From Macrostomum lignano (lineage: Eukaryota), in contig NIVC01000217.1 of the NCBI GenBank assembly GCA_002269645.1, positions 682,001 to 746,000 of the forward strand: a stretch of DNA of 64,000 bases, read 5' to 3'. The notes under the pieces are model-generated. The model worked only from the letters and a program-made list of their open reading frames with translations. It was not told the origin of the DNA and searched no databases. The position numbers and the translations under genes were made by a program. Each line of letters begins with the position of its first letter. Within the stretch, counting starts at the first letter, position 1. Positions 12,970-24,139 of the stretch are shown piece by piece.

Positions 12970-13615
12970 CTTTGTAGTGTCAGTTTGGGCACTTTCTGTA
13001 GTGTCAGTTTGGGCACTCTCTGTAATCTCAGTTGGTCACTCCTTGTAGTGTCAGTTGGTCACTCCTTGTAGCGTCAGTTGGTCACTCCTTGTAGTGTCAT
13101 TTGGTCACTCCTTGTAGTCTCAGTTGGTCACTCCTTGTAGTCTCAGTTGGTCACTCCTTGTAGTCTCAGTTGGTCACTCCTTGTACTGTCAGTTGGTCAC
13201 TCCTTGTAGTGTCAGTTGGTCACTCCTTGTAGTGTCAGTTGGTCACTCCTTGTAGTGTCAGTTGGTCACTCCTTGTAGTGTCAGTTGGTCACTCCTTGTA
13301 GTGTCAGTTGGTCACTCCTTGTAGTGTCAGTTGGTCACTCCTTGTAGTGTCAGTTGGTCACTCCTTGTAGTGTCAGTTGGTCACTCCTTGTAGTGTCAGT
13401 TGGTCACTCCTTGTAGTGTCAGTTGGTCACTCCTTGTAGTGTCAGTTGGTCACTCCTTGTAGTGTCAGTTGGTCACTCCTTGTAGTGTCAGTTGGTCACT
13501 CCTTGTAGTGTCAGTTGGTCACTCCTTGTAGTGTCAGTTGGTCACTCCTTGTAGTGTCAGTTGGTCACTCCTTGTAGTGTCAGTTGGTCACTCCTTGTAG
13601 TGTCAGTTGGTCAGG
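12970..13615. repeat. 23-bp minisatellite (gtagtgtcagttggtcactcctt) in intron 4
   Basis: Directly visible tandem array. Confidence 0.95.
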
Positions 13616-13767
13616 GTCACTCTGTTCTGTCGGTTGGTCACCCTGTGTTCTGTCAGTTGGTCACAGGCCACATTTTGGTATCTAGTGTCTGTTAATAAAC
13701 ACGGTCAGTCTGCAACTTCCACATGGCTACCAACATTTCCCCCTTTCAAACTGAATGTCACTCTCAG

Positions 13768-13905
13768 GAACAAGTCGTCATCAAGGAGGCGCACGCGCAG
13801 TCTCCCCAATCTTCGTCGCAGCTCCCAGGTACAGCAGGAGCACAGAGAACCATCTCGCGTATGAGATCTTCGGGCTCTGAGTGCACTGACTGGGAACTTG
13901 TTTGA
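13768..13905 (+). CDS. TECPR2: TECPR2-like terminal exon ending in LIR-like DWELV*
   Basis: Acceptor ctctcag|, phase 0. The C-terminal W-x-x-V preceded by acidic residues parallels the WEVI LIR of human TECPR2. Confidence 0.75.
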   Translation, partial: EQVVIKEAHAQSPQSSSQLPGTAGAQRTISRMRSSGSECTDWELV

Positions 13906-13923
13906 CAACGCTGTCGTTATTTT

Positions 13924-13929
13924 AATAAA
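13924..13929 (+). terminator. Polyadenylation signal
   Basis: AATAAA 18 nt after the stop codon, followed by AT-rich sequence. Confidence 0.55.
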
Positions 13930-15141
13930 TCAAAAATATATATTTTTAAAAAGGTTGCATCATATTTCATAGAATATCTTAAATTTTAATATGATTCGCT
14001 TACATTTCTACTGCTCGAGTAGTTCAGTGCAAACCAAAGTTTTAACTACGTAATAATAATCGTAAAATTTGTGTGGCAAATTTGTTAATCAAAATACATT
14101 TAATAATCTGTCTAATTGTTTTTGTTAGTTAAATTACGAGCTATAAATATTAATAATTATTTATTTATATTTTTTTCCGCGGATTTTATTCGCAGCATTT
14201 TTCGTAATTAACTTCTTTTTTTCCTGATCTGCTTTGTTGTCTATTTTTACCACTGTAGATGCTAAGGTATTTCCCTGCTCTGAAACACTGTCTCTTTCTT
14301 TATTTATTTGATGAAGTTGACCTGCATTCATGATTCCAAAATTCAAACTGCACCTTTTTGGCGTGCATTAATAATCAGTCCAAGTTAAAAATTTGTTTCC
14401 AAAATTGCGCGCTCTTTCACATGTATAATTCAAATTGAGTTTGTATATATTGTTATAAAAGCTAATTATTTTTCGGTTTTATTGTTACAGTTATCTAGAT
14501 AAATTTCAAAGCATTGCGCCTTTGATTAGTCACTGATCTTCTCAAAGAATTACTCGTATTCGGGAACTCTGCCGTTAAAACTGAAATGCAGATACTTGCT
14601 CTCTGTTTTTATTTGAGTCGGTAGAAGGTAGGCAAGCATGTTTGCAGTCGATTTACCGATATAACCGATAACGAAAAAACAATAGCCGACAACCAACAAC
14701 CGATTAAAATATAAATAATTAATTTCAAACGCAAAGTATAACTAATTACCAAAACCAAGTGTTATTAGTGAACAAAGGTGGTAATCATTGAAAATTAAAA
14801 GCACAAAATTATTATCGATTTGCAATCTGACCCAAACAGTAAAAATAACAGACTAAAAATAGGAAATCACGATTGATGAAACGCATATCTAAATGCATTT
14901 TCCTATGTTGAGATACTTCTGTAAGTAAAAAAGCAGAACTAAGTTCTTACAGTACGCCCAGAGATGCATACTGCATGCAGTCCAGGTGTTTATGCTATTT
15001 TATACGATAGTCAAACTCATAGAATTTACCGGCTTTGAAACTGCGTTTCCGACATTTGGGGTTGAAAAGTTTCAAACAAGGAAAAACAAGGAGCATCTGG
15101 GTAAGTTTATTGATATAGTTGGGCCATCTTAATAACGGATG

Positions 15142-15988
15142 GAAACGACACCGTGACAATTAGAATCGCAAAAAAGTCGTTGCAAACAACTCCAGTGACT
15201 CTAGCGACTTTGGGGGGCGACTCTTTTATGACTTTTGAACGACTAAAGCGCGACTGATGCTGCGGAGGTCAACTGCTGCAACACAAACGCATCACGTACT
15301 CCTAAGTTTTAAAAGTCTCGTAAAAGAGTCTTCCAAGAATCGTTATGTTGGCGCTCAACTTTTTACTACAAGCTAATTCAGTTAAGGCTAGTTACTGCTT
15401 AAATTCAGCTCAGTGACTTTACAGCGACTATACAGACAACAGAATACGCGTGCATCGTCACAGGGCGCGCCCCAAGGCCAGGTCATGAATGAACGCCACG
15501 CCGCTGACCGATCCGGGGCGCCGGCGTCTAGCTGGCTGGCAGTCGACGAAACGCCGAGTGCGTGCCTGTCCCTGCAGTTAGGGTGCCTGCAGCGTTAGCA
15601 GCAGCACCTGCACCGGCTGTGGGCAGTAGGACTCGGCGCGGATTATGTGGCCTGCCAGCTGGAGTCGCCGACGGCGCAACAGGTCGCTTGGACGGACCAG
15701 GCCGGTGCGGTGATACAAAGCTGCGTAGGTCACTCGCTCGTAGCCGATCTTGAAGGCGGCGCGCAGCAGGCCAGCATGCGCCGCGTTAACTTGTTGCTCT
15801 TTTAGCACGCCTCAAATACGACACTACGGCCCCAGAATCGTTATACCATCGTCCTATAGTCTCTAGAGTCACGCCAGAGTCACTTTTAGTTGTTTTAGAG
15901 TAGCAGCTACATTAAAACGCTTCAAAGTGATACTTGGTTGACTCTGGAGACTTTTTGTCGAATTGTACCGTGACATATCGTCGTTTCG
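15142..15988. mobile_element. Element with imperfect bipartite terminal inverted repeats (MITE-like) surrounding an RTE fragment
   Basis: Left gaaacgac..acaatt, aaaaagtc and aaacaact..agtgactctagcg have reverse-complement counterparts at 15868-15988. Confidence 0.4.
15435..15790 (-). mobile_element. RTE-like LINE 3' fragment
   Basis: Encodes LLRAAFKI..ERVT.AALY..TG....SDLLRRRRLQLAGHIIR and later DRSAAWR, typical of the region C-terminal to RTE-clade RT. Confidence 0.7.
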
Positions 15989-16427
15989 ACAACTTGTACA
16001 AGGTTGGGCCCTCATCATTGGCGTGAATTTTGGTGCCAGAGTCAGACACGTTCCACAGCGATGCGCTGGTCTGCTCCCCCATTTCTAGTGCTCAGATAAT
16101 CACACAATTTAAGGTCAAAATCTAAACTTAAAAAGCTTTGACCGAATCTGAGTTTCACTTCACGGTTATAGTTTTTACTGATGTCAAACCAGGATTCGAG
16201 TTTTTATTAATGCTCAAGGATTTCCAGTTCCGCAATCAATGAAATTTGACGTTCCTACAAAAGGGCAGCAACTTTACCCAACACAGACCTATTCATTTTC
16301 AAAAAATATATAACTTTGGGTGGATCCATGGAGAAGCGTAAGAATCTTTACAAATTACTCGATCACTTACAAGCACTATCGAAGCAGTATCGAACAAAAC
16401 TCTGTATCAATTTTTTAAACTGGTCGC

Positions 16428-16978
16428 CTGTCTTTTAAGTGGGATCCCCAGCTGTCTTTTAGGTGGGTCACTGTCTTTTAGGTGGGTCACTGTCTTTTAG
16501 GTGGGTCACTGTCTTTTAGGTGGGTCACTGTCTTTTAGGTGGGGTCACTGTCTTTTAAGTGGGATTCCCAGCTGTCTTTTAGGTGGGTCACTGTCTTTTA
16601 GGTGGGGTCACTGTCTTTTAAGTGGAGTCCCCAGCTGTCTTTTAGGTGGGGTCACTGTCTTTTAGTCGGGTCACTGTCTTTTAGGTGGGTCACTGTCTTT
16701 TAGGTGGGGTCACTGTCTTTTAAGTGGGATTCCCAGCTGTCTTTTAGGTGGGTCACTGTCTTTTAAGTGGGGTCCCCAGCTGTCTTTTAGGTGGGTCACT
16801 GTCTTTTAGGTGGGTCACTGTCTTTTAAGTGGGGTCCCCAGCTGTCTTTTAGGTGGGTCACTGTCTTTTAAGTGGGGTCCCCAGCTGTCTTTTAGGTGGG
16901 TCACTGTCTTTTAGGTGGGTCACTGTCTTTTAGGTGGGGTCACTGTCTTTTAAGTGGTGTCCCCAGCTGTCTTTTAGG
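16428..16978. repeat. Composite minisatellite of 19/20-bp (gtgggtcactgtcttttag) and ~24-bp (gtggggtccccagctgtcttttag) units
   Basis: Directly visible. Confidence 0.93.
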
Positions 16979-17134
16979 TTAGGCCTCATCTTAGGTGAAA
17001 TTTTCCCTTTAATAACCACCGTGTTCCCAAGTTCAACCATATGACAAGTGGCTTATATTAGCAACCGATTCATTGTCAGTACCCGCAATAACGATTCAGC
17101 TCGTCAATTTCGTCAGTCCTGAGAGCCGCTTTGG

Positions 17135-18181
17135 CTATACGGGCGTAGCGTAGCACACGAAGCGACCTTTGAGAGCGTTAGTGCTGGTCGGATTGTAGCC
17201 GAGACGCAAGCACAGAGGAACTCCAGCGAACGCCAGGTAATTGTAAGCTCCATTAGCCATAGCCGTGCCGTTGAAATAAAATCTAGCAAATCGAATTCCA
17301 GTAAAAACGGCGGCAACTGAAACGTCCTGTGGTTGGTCGTCGGTGCGAAGGACATTCGATAACGACTGAATTGTCTCAGTCTGGTCCCCCGGCGCGCTCT
17401 GTTCAGAGAAGGAATGGCTGACGTACAGCTGACCGTTGCGATCGGAGAATTCGCCACGCTGACTGCCGTTGCAGTCGTGAAAGTAATGATAGTGTTGCTG
17501 GCCCCAGGTCTGCCGCACCGCTCTCGCATAGAAGGTGAAGTTGTGCGAGTGGTCCAGGTAGCCAGAAGCCAGCGTGTTACTATCAGTGTCGACCTCGATA
17601 AAATCCGCCTTGTTTCCTGGAAAGTGAGCGCCCTGGCTGTCTCGAGTGACCGAGCCGTGGGGAGTGGCCGGGTACTTGGCAGGATTAGCGAGGTTCGAGT
17701 AGCCCTGTCTGAAGTCAAACAAAATGACCAGCTTGTTGGCCAGAGCAGAGCTCAGACCTGAGATCACGGATACATGTGTGAGATTCGTAGCACTTGTTGG
17801 ACTCGTCAGAGCTCCAGTCTTGGTTGAAGCAGAGTTAGTAGAGTCGTCGTCGCTCTTCACGTAGGTCACGCAGCCGTCAGTTGGATCGGTGCTGATTCGG
17901 TCCCACAGACTGCTCAGCTGTAGACTGTTACCATGGTAACACTTGCCGTTGACTTTGGACAAGTGAACAGCGGAGCAGAGGTTGGAGCCAACACAGGCCA
18001 CAGTGCAGTCGAACAAGTCGTGGGCGAAGTCGACGGGACTCAGCGCGGCCAGGCTCGCCTCCGATGGGCACTTGAGCACAGGCCGGAGCAGCGAGGTCTT
18101 CTGGTTGGCGGAGCAGAGAGTTGCCAGCAGCAGTAGCGTCAGCAAAATGGCGTGGGAGCCCCAACGAGCTTTATTATACAT
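17135..18181 (-). CDS. Secreted PAN/apple-like + LamG/ConA-like protein; C-terminus truncated by an 8-nt insertion
   Basis: Hydrophobic signal peptide (AILLTLLLLATLCSA), C-x3-C-x5-C pattern (CTVACVGSNLC), and LamG-like motifs (LFDF, GAHFPG..FIEV, NFTF, FYFNG, LRLG). Clear paralogue of 29919-30935. Confidence 0.75.
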   Translation of the reverse strand: MYNKARWGSHAILLTLLLLATLCSANQKTSLLRPVLKCPSEASLAALSPVDFAHDLFDCTVACVGSNLCSAVHLSKVNGKCYHGNSLQLSSLWDRISTDPTDGCVTYVKSDDDSTNSASTKTGALTSPTSATNLTHVSVISGLSSALANKLVILFDFRQGYSNLANPAKYPATPHGSVTRDSQGAHFPGNKADFIEVDTDSNTLASGYLDHSHNFTFYARAVRQTWGQQHYHYFHDCNGSQRGEFSDRNGQLYVSHSFSEQSAPGDQTETIQSLSNVLRTDDQPQDVSVAAVFTGIRFARFYFNGTAMANGAYNYLAFAGVPLCLRLGYNPTSTNALKGRFVCYATPV

Positions 18182-19853
18182 TTTCCACTTCAGACAAAGC
18201 AAATGATTTGTTGTTTCGGTTATTGTCTGTTTGATTTGCAAGATGTTAGAACGATGCTCAAAATTGAGGCCCCGACTGTAGTCTGATATCTGTAGTTTAA
18301 ATACGGTTCTTACCTATTACATTTACGTCCATTTAAAGGCATCTGGAAGCACTTCTTTGTCTTTGACTGGCATTGAATTGCACCGATCTTGTCTGTCATT
18401 TAGTCAGTTTGCATTTTGAGTTTTCTGCTTAATGCACAGATAAAAGCGTCTTAAGTAACTCAGACATTGTCTGGAATATTTGAATGGAAGAAAGCTTTTT
18501 AGATTTATTGCATATTTTCTTTCACGAAAACAGCTCGTTATATGAGCAGAGAAACCGCATAAAACCCTGATTGTTAGGTGCTTTTCCACCCTACCGATTT
18601 AAAATTTTGATTGACAGCTTTCTTGATGGACAGCCAAGACACCACCAAGGATAGACTTTTACTGATACAATCGAGCTACATGTAAGAATGCTTCAATTGT
18701 AAAAAAGTTTTATGGTGCATGCGCGAAGGCAGGCCTCAGAACGCAACGCATCGTGTGCTCCAGTGTTGCTCAAGCGCCATGACTTACTTGTACAAATTCC
18801 AAAGTTACGAGTATTTAATAGCTTGTCTTGGTGTTCGTGTTACGGCTGCAGTTTCAAGTCAGTATAGAAAGAGATTTACTATATTGTTGCTTTGAAAATT
18901 ATTTCATTTGTTTAAAATTGATTCCTTTTGTTGTCTATTCTTTACATAGATAACAGGATTTGGTTTTTTCTTATCAACTAAGTCTTTTAAATGAATAACT
19001 GCGAGCACGTTCCCGGCGCTTTGGTTGAAAGCTGTTGCGCTAGTTAAATCGATGACCTACTACTTCGATCGTTGTAAAAAGCGAAGAAATACGAGCGTAA
19101 ATTTCTCTTTTTTATTTTGCAATTATAATGCAAGTCATGCCTATTGTTGATTAACTCAACTTAATTAATTATTAACTAGATTAAAGAAGTGATATCAAAA
19201 ATCTTTCTGAAGAAGCGTCTCAACGTGCGTCAGCTCTGTGTGTCTTGTGCTCGTCTTAATTAATTACACTACGAGCTATTTATCTTCAGAGCCGATCTCA
19301 AAGAGTGCCCATAAATATCGTTATACAATGACCAGAAAAAATGTAATATTCTCACGACTATAGTAGCGCTATACTCGGTAGTCAACAAAATTTGTGTTAT
19401 TATCATAACAAATCAATGTGATTTTTAAGACTTGAAGACATATCGAATATGCGCACACACAGGTCCCATATATTTTTTCAATCGTAGCAAAGCTACTTTA
19501 GTAGGTTTCGACAGAATAACAGAATGTTTCACTTTATAAAAAAGCATCTAAATCCGGAATTGGGCAGAACCAATTGAGCGTCTTTTGCGATGGAACATTG
19601 AACTGGACTTGACTATAATATAATCTGAAGAAGAAATATATTCCAATAATTGCTTATAAATAAACTGGTATTTAGATCGTTTCCCTAAGTCTGCAATTCG
19701 CTGTATAATTTTGCCTATCAGCATATTGCTGTCATTGAAATAGTACATGCTGACTTTTCGCATCTCTCGCAATTCAAGTCTAGTTTAGGCAAACCTTTCG
19801 CGTATACGACATTTTAGCGTCCACCTGAAGACTCCCAGAAATGCATTAATTTG

Positions 19854-20240
19854 TTATAGCCCTGGGGAAACGGGAACGGCTAACATGCCAGGTGATCCTG
19901 TTGATGATGAGTCCTCCATTGGCTCCGTACCCTTTACGTAGCTTTTGCACACAGCCGTGGGATCTCCAAGCGAATTGAAGTACTCGGACATATTCTTCTC
20001 GTTGCCCAAATAGCACACAAGGTCCTTCGATACGTATGCCACATAGCAGCTCTGTCGAGTCGCGCAGGCCCAGATACAAGACGCAGCACTGGCCTGAGCT
20101 GCATCGATTCTGTTCAGATGGATAAAATCAACTTCCGACGGGCAACTGAAAATGGTTTTAAACTTTGTCCGAGACTTTGGAGCACAGCTGTAGACTGCAG
20201 TTGCTGTTAGACACAGAAGAATAGTAACTTTGGTGAGCAT
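19854..20240 (-). CDS. Secreted PAN/apple-only paralogue (128 aa)
   Basis: Signal peptide and CIWACATRQSC...CYLG...CKSYVK. It aligns with the N-terminal half of the neighbouring paralogues and stops at PGL*. Confidence 0.75.
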   Translation of the reverse strand: MLTKVTILLCLTATAVYSCAPKSRTKFKTIFSCPSEVDFIHLNRIDAAQASAASCIWACATRQSCYVAYVSKDLVCYLGNEKNMSEYFNSLGDPTAVCKSYVKGTEPMEDSSSTGSPGMLAVPVSPGL

Positions 20241-20989
20241 TACTCTAGCTCCAGCTTCACTGAAAATGATGCTGCGCTTGTAGAGTCTTCATCGAAGCTT
20301 TTCTTCTACCTGTTATGCAGTACTTATATAACCAACGCCTTCAATGTAGAACAAAGAAATAGTCTCATGAATTGTGCACTGAACAAGCTGGAGTCTTACT
20401 TGTAAGAATGCTTTTGAGGCTACTTGAGAACCTACATCTGCTTTGCAAACAATATTTTCAGCCTTTGTTTTTGAAGTATCATCGTTTAGACTTTAAGAAA
20501 AGGGATCGTGCGGTAAGCTTTGTAAAAAAGCCTTTGAAGTGAAATTAAGTGGGGTGAAGAGTGGCGGGGTCTTTTATTTTAAGAGATCTGGCTCGCGCGT
20601 TTGCTTCTCAAATAAAATTCAACTCTTAGGTTGTAGACAATCAATGAATTAAAGAACACAAAAATTCACCAAACGTCCTGACTTGGCTCACGCGTTACTC
20701 GCAGCAATGACTACAACAAAAGAGACACATTTTTATAGGGGATACTCAGACATCGGGGCAGGTTACTCTGCTTTTTTCAGACTCTACATGTACTTCTTTC
20801 TTAGTACGTTGTCCTTATCTGTCAGAACGTCAGTACGTCAGTTCGATCCCATGCAGTGATTGATTGTTTTTTAAAGATTCCATTGTCAAAGCTTGATTTA
20901 ATAAACGCCATGAAATGGACAAATATAAATAACTTCTCAAGTCTTAAAATGGCCGGACTATATCCTCAGCAACATATACTGGACTATAG

Positions 20990-21478
20990 TGGACTATATT
21001 GGACTATAATAGTAAACTATAATAGTGGACTATAATAGTGGACTATAATAGTGGACTATATTAGTGGACTATAATAGTGGACTATAATAGTGGACTATAA
21101 TAGTGGACTATAATAGTGGACTATAATAGTGGACTATAATAGTGGACTATAATAGTGGACTATAATAGTGGACTATAATAGTGGACTATAATAGTGGACT
21201 ATAATAGTGGACTATAATAGTGGACTATAATAGTGGACTATAATAGTGGACTATAATAGTGGACTATAATAGTGGACTATAATAGTGGACTATAATAGTG
21301 GACTATAATAGTGGACTATAATAGTGGACTATAATAGTGGACTATAATAGTGGACTATAATAGTGGACTATAATAGTGGACTAAAATAGTGGACTATAAT
21401 AGTGGACTATAATAGTGGACTATAATAGTGGACTATAATAGTGGACTATAATAGTGGACTATAATAGTGGACTATATC
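20990..21478. repeat. 13-bp minisatellite (tagtggactataa)
   Basis: Directly visible, highly homogeneous. Confidence 0.95.
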
Positions 21479-21484
21479 CACTAT

Positions 21485-21735
21485 TCAAAAGTCGCCACTC
21501 TATGCGCCATGCAGTTAGCGACTTCTCTTGGACTATTCTGAAATAAAAGATACGAGAAAACTGATCGGGGTAGCTTTAATTCGTCCAACCCTTGCACACC
21601 GCTCCCCACTTCATTCCTCAACTCAAGTCTTCCATGGGTAGCTAAGTTGCGTCACTCGCAAAGATTCAGAGACTTTACCTGCACTCTCAAAAATGGCAAC
21701 CACAAACGGAATCTTCTGTGATGGCGACTTTTCGA
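21485..21735. mobile_element. ~250-bp MITE-like repeat; inverted copies at ~27700-27935 and ~35226-35461
   Basis: 11-bp TIR aaaagtcgcca/tggcgactttt. The interior matches the reverse complement of 27721-27933 with scattered mismatches. Confidence 0.65.
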
Positions 21736-22854
21736 TGTTTCTGAGTATATATGATACGACCGGGGGCCATCACAGAAGTCTTCTGTATAGGTTTGTAACT
21801 TCGACCAGGTACAAGTATTGCACTGAAACCACACACACTTGACTGCATATCATTTCAGCCTGCTTATAAACTTCTAGATTAAAACATACATAGATCATCG
21901 TGGGCACAATTGAATAATTTGGAAGACAATTATGCAGCGACGGTCCGCTTAGCTCTGAGTCAAGTCCCTGCACAGCACCTTCTCTGCGTTTACGATCTCC
22001 TGGTTAACCCCCCTGTGCCAAGTGGCAGCAGAGTGAATGATTAAAATTTTTCATCTGTTTGTTCAAATTTTTCAAATTAACTCTAATGAGCTAAATTTAA
22101 ACGAAAATTCGCCGTTACATTTGAATGTCGGTCACCGCTCCTTTGTCCCAGCTTCCGGTTCCCCATCCACTATTCAGCTTGCGGTTCCCCATCCACTATT
22201 CAGCTTCCGGTTCAAGTCACGTCAGTCTCGAATTATCTAGCTTTCATTATTCGACTAAATGTGCATAAAAAAGTAACAATAGAAATACTTCAAACTAACT
22301 ATAGTTTTATAAATTTAACTTGGTAAAATTGTTCCTTATACTTAATACAAAACAATTGTTTCGGCAGAAAAGACATCATTAAAAGTTTCAAACATTTTTC
22401 ATCGCTGATAGGTGTACCTGCAATGCCGATAAAATACACGCTAATTAAGAATATTGTTATCATAAAAACTTACAACAAAAACTTAAAGCAAAGCATCTTC
22501 ATAAAACGATGAGTTGAAAAGTCAAACTTATAGCTTTGAAGCTTTGAATAGCAATTTGTACTTGTGATTTTTAGGGTTGTTAGACCGAGTTTTTCTAAAA
22601 AGCAGGTTAGTGGGACAAAACTTATAGGTAATATTTTGTATTTTATAGGCACATCAAACAGCTAACGCAGTTAGCATTACCCTTCACAGCAAAAAAATTT
22701 AGTAAAAGTTCAGATCTTAAAGAAAATGTTTTGAAGTTTGTCTCATTCCTGTCTACTTGTCGTAGCAGTTGGTTAAGAAAGGATGAGGCATTACATCCAG
22801 GTTCCTTCCTTGGACTCAGGGATTTAACAATCAAGAAAAATATTTTGTACAATC

Positions 22855-23290
22855 AATCACACAAAATCTCTAAGGATCACACACAATCTCTCAGGATCAC
22901 ACAAAATCTCTCAGGATCACACACAATCTCTCAGGATCACACACAATCTCTCAGGATCACACAAAATCTCTCAGGATCACACACAATCTCTCAGGATCAC
23001 ACACAATCTCTCAGGATCACACACAATCTCTCAGGATCACACACAATCTCTCAGGATCACACAAAATCTCTCAGGATCACACACAATCTCTCAGGATCAC
23101 ACACAATCTCTCAGGATCACACACAATCTCTCAGGATCACACACAATCTCTTAGGGTCACACACAATCTCTCAGGATCACACAAAATCTCTCAGGATCAC
23201 ACACAATCTCTCAGGATCACACACAATCTCTCAGGATCACACACAATCTCTCAGGATCACACACAATCTCTCAGGATCACACCCAATCTC
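22855..23290. repeat. 20-bp minisatellite (tctctcaggatcacacacaa)
   Basis: Directly visible. Confidence 0.95.
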
Positions 23291-23353
23291 TTGATGTTAT
23301 ATGATGTTATAAAAGTTACTTTAAAGCAACTGAAATGTTTTACTGCAATCCTT

Positions 23354-23638
23354 TCAGCTATGCGATGTTTCCTGATTCGCACCTGAAATTTTCATGCGCC
23401 TACCAGCAGGAAAATGAGTACCGCCTGAGCTCTGCAATAAGTTGAACAGTTCGTTGAGCATGACCCTAGCGGCGGATGTTACCAGATGATTCACGCGTCT
23501 CATAAGCTCATTGTCGATCTCTCCTTGCATGACTTCGCTGCATTGCTGCTGCGGCAGAATGTCTTGCAGCTGTTCGGTTTGGAAGTTCAGGTATTCTTTG
23601 TAGGCATTTGGGTATTCCGACTCGTTGTACCAAGTTTC
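23354..23638 (-). CDS. Probable terminal exon of the TRPM-like channel (helical/coiled-coil-like tail)
   Basis: 95-codon open frame after gctcag|, in phase 0 with the donor at 24139: ETWYNESEYPNAYKEYLNFQTEQLQDIL...MLNELFNLLQ...SHS*. The acceptor is weak and the exon is not in the ORF track. Confidence 0.55.
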   Translation of the reverse strand, partial: ETWYNESEYPNAYKEYLNFQTEQLQDILPQQQCSEVMQGEIDNELMRRVNHLVTSAARVMLNELFNLLQSSGGTHFPAGRRMKISGANQETSHS

Positions 23639-23715
23639 CTGAGCGATGCAGTTGTTGACGTAAACTTACTTAAACTTTTTGATTGAATGCATGCTAGTAT
23701 TAATTGTACATGTAA

Positions 23716-23966
<251 letters not shown>

Positions 23967-24139
23967 GTTTTATGTTTGCATAAAAACATGTCTACTCATA
24001 TATATGTGCCTCCGTAGCTATTTCAGATCTTTTATAAGATTTATGCAAGAAATATATCATACTAGTGCCGAAAAGTATAAAAATTTGGCTGTGAAGTAGA
24101 AATTAAAGTAAAATAACATGTAAGAGCTAACTTGCTTAC

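Noticed and set aside
12970-13615. CRISPR-like arrays (this and the other 19-23 bp repeats)
   Set aside because: Head-to-tail units with no unique spacers, no cas genes, and a eukaryotic context.
21652-21973. Possible sixth PAN-LamG remnant (VQGLDSELS, YLVEVTN)
   Set aside because: The similarity is too short and scattered to support without a frameshift-aware alignment.
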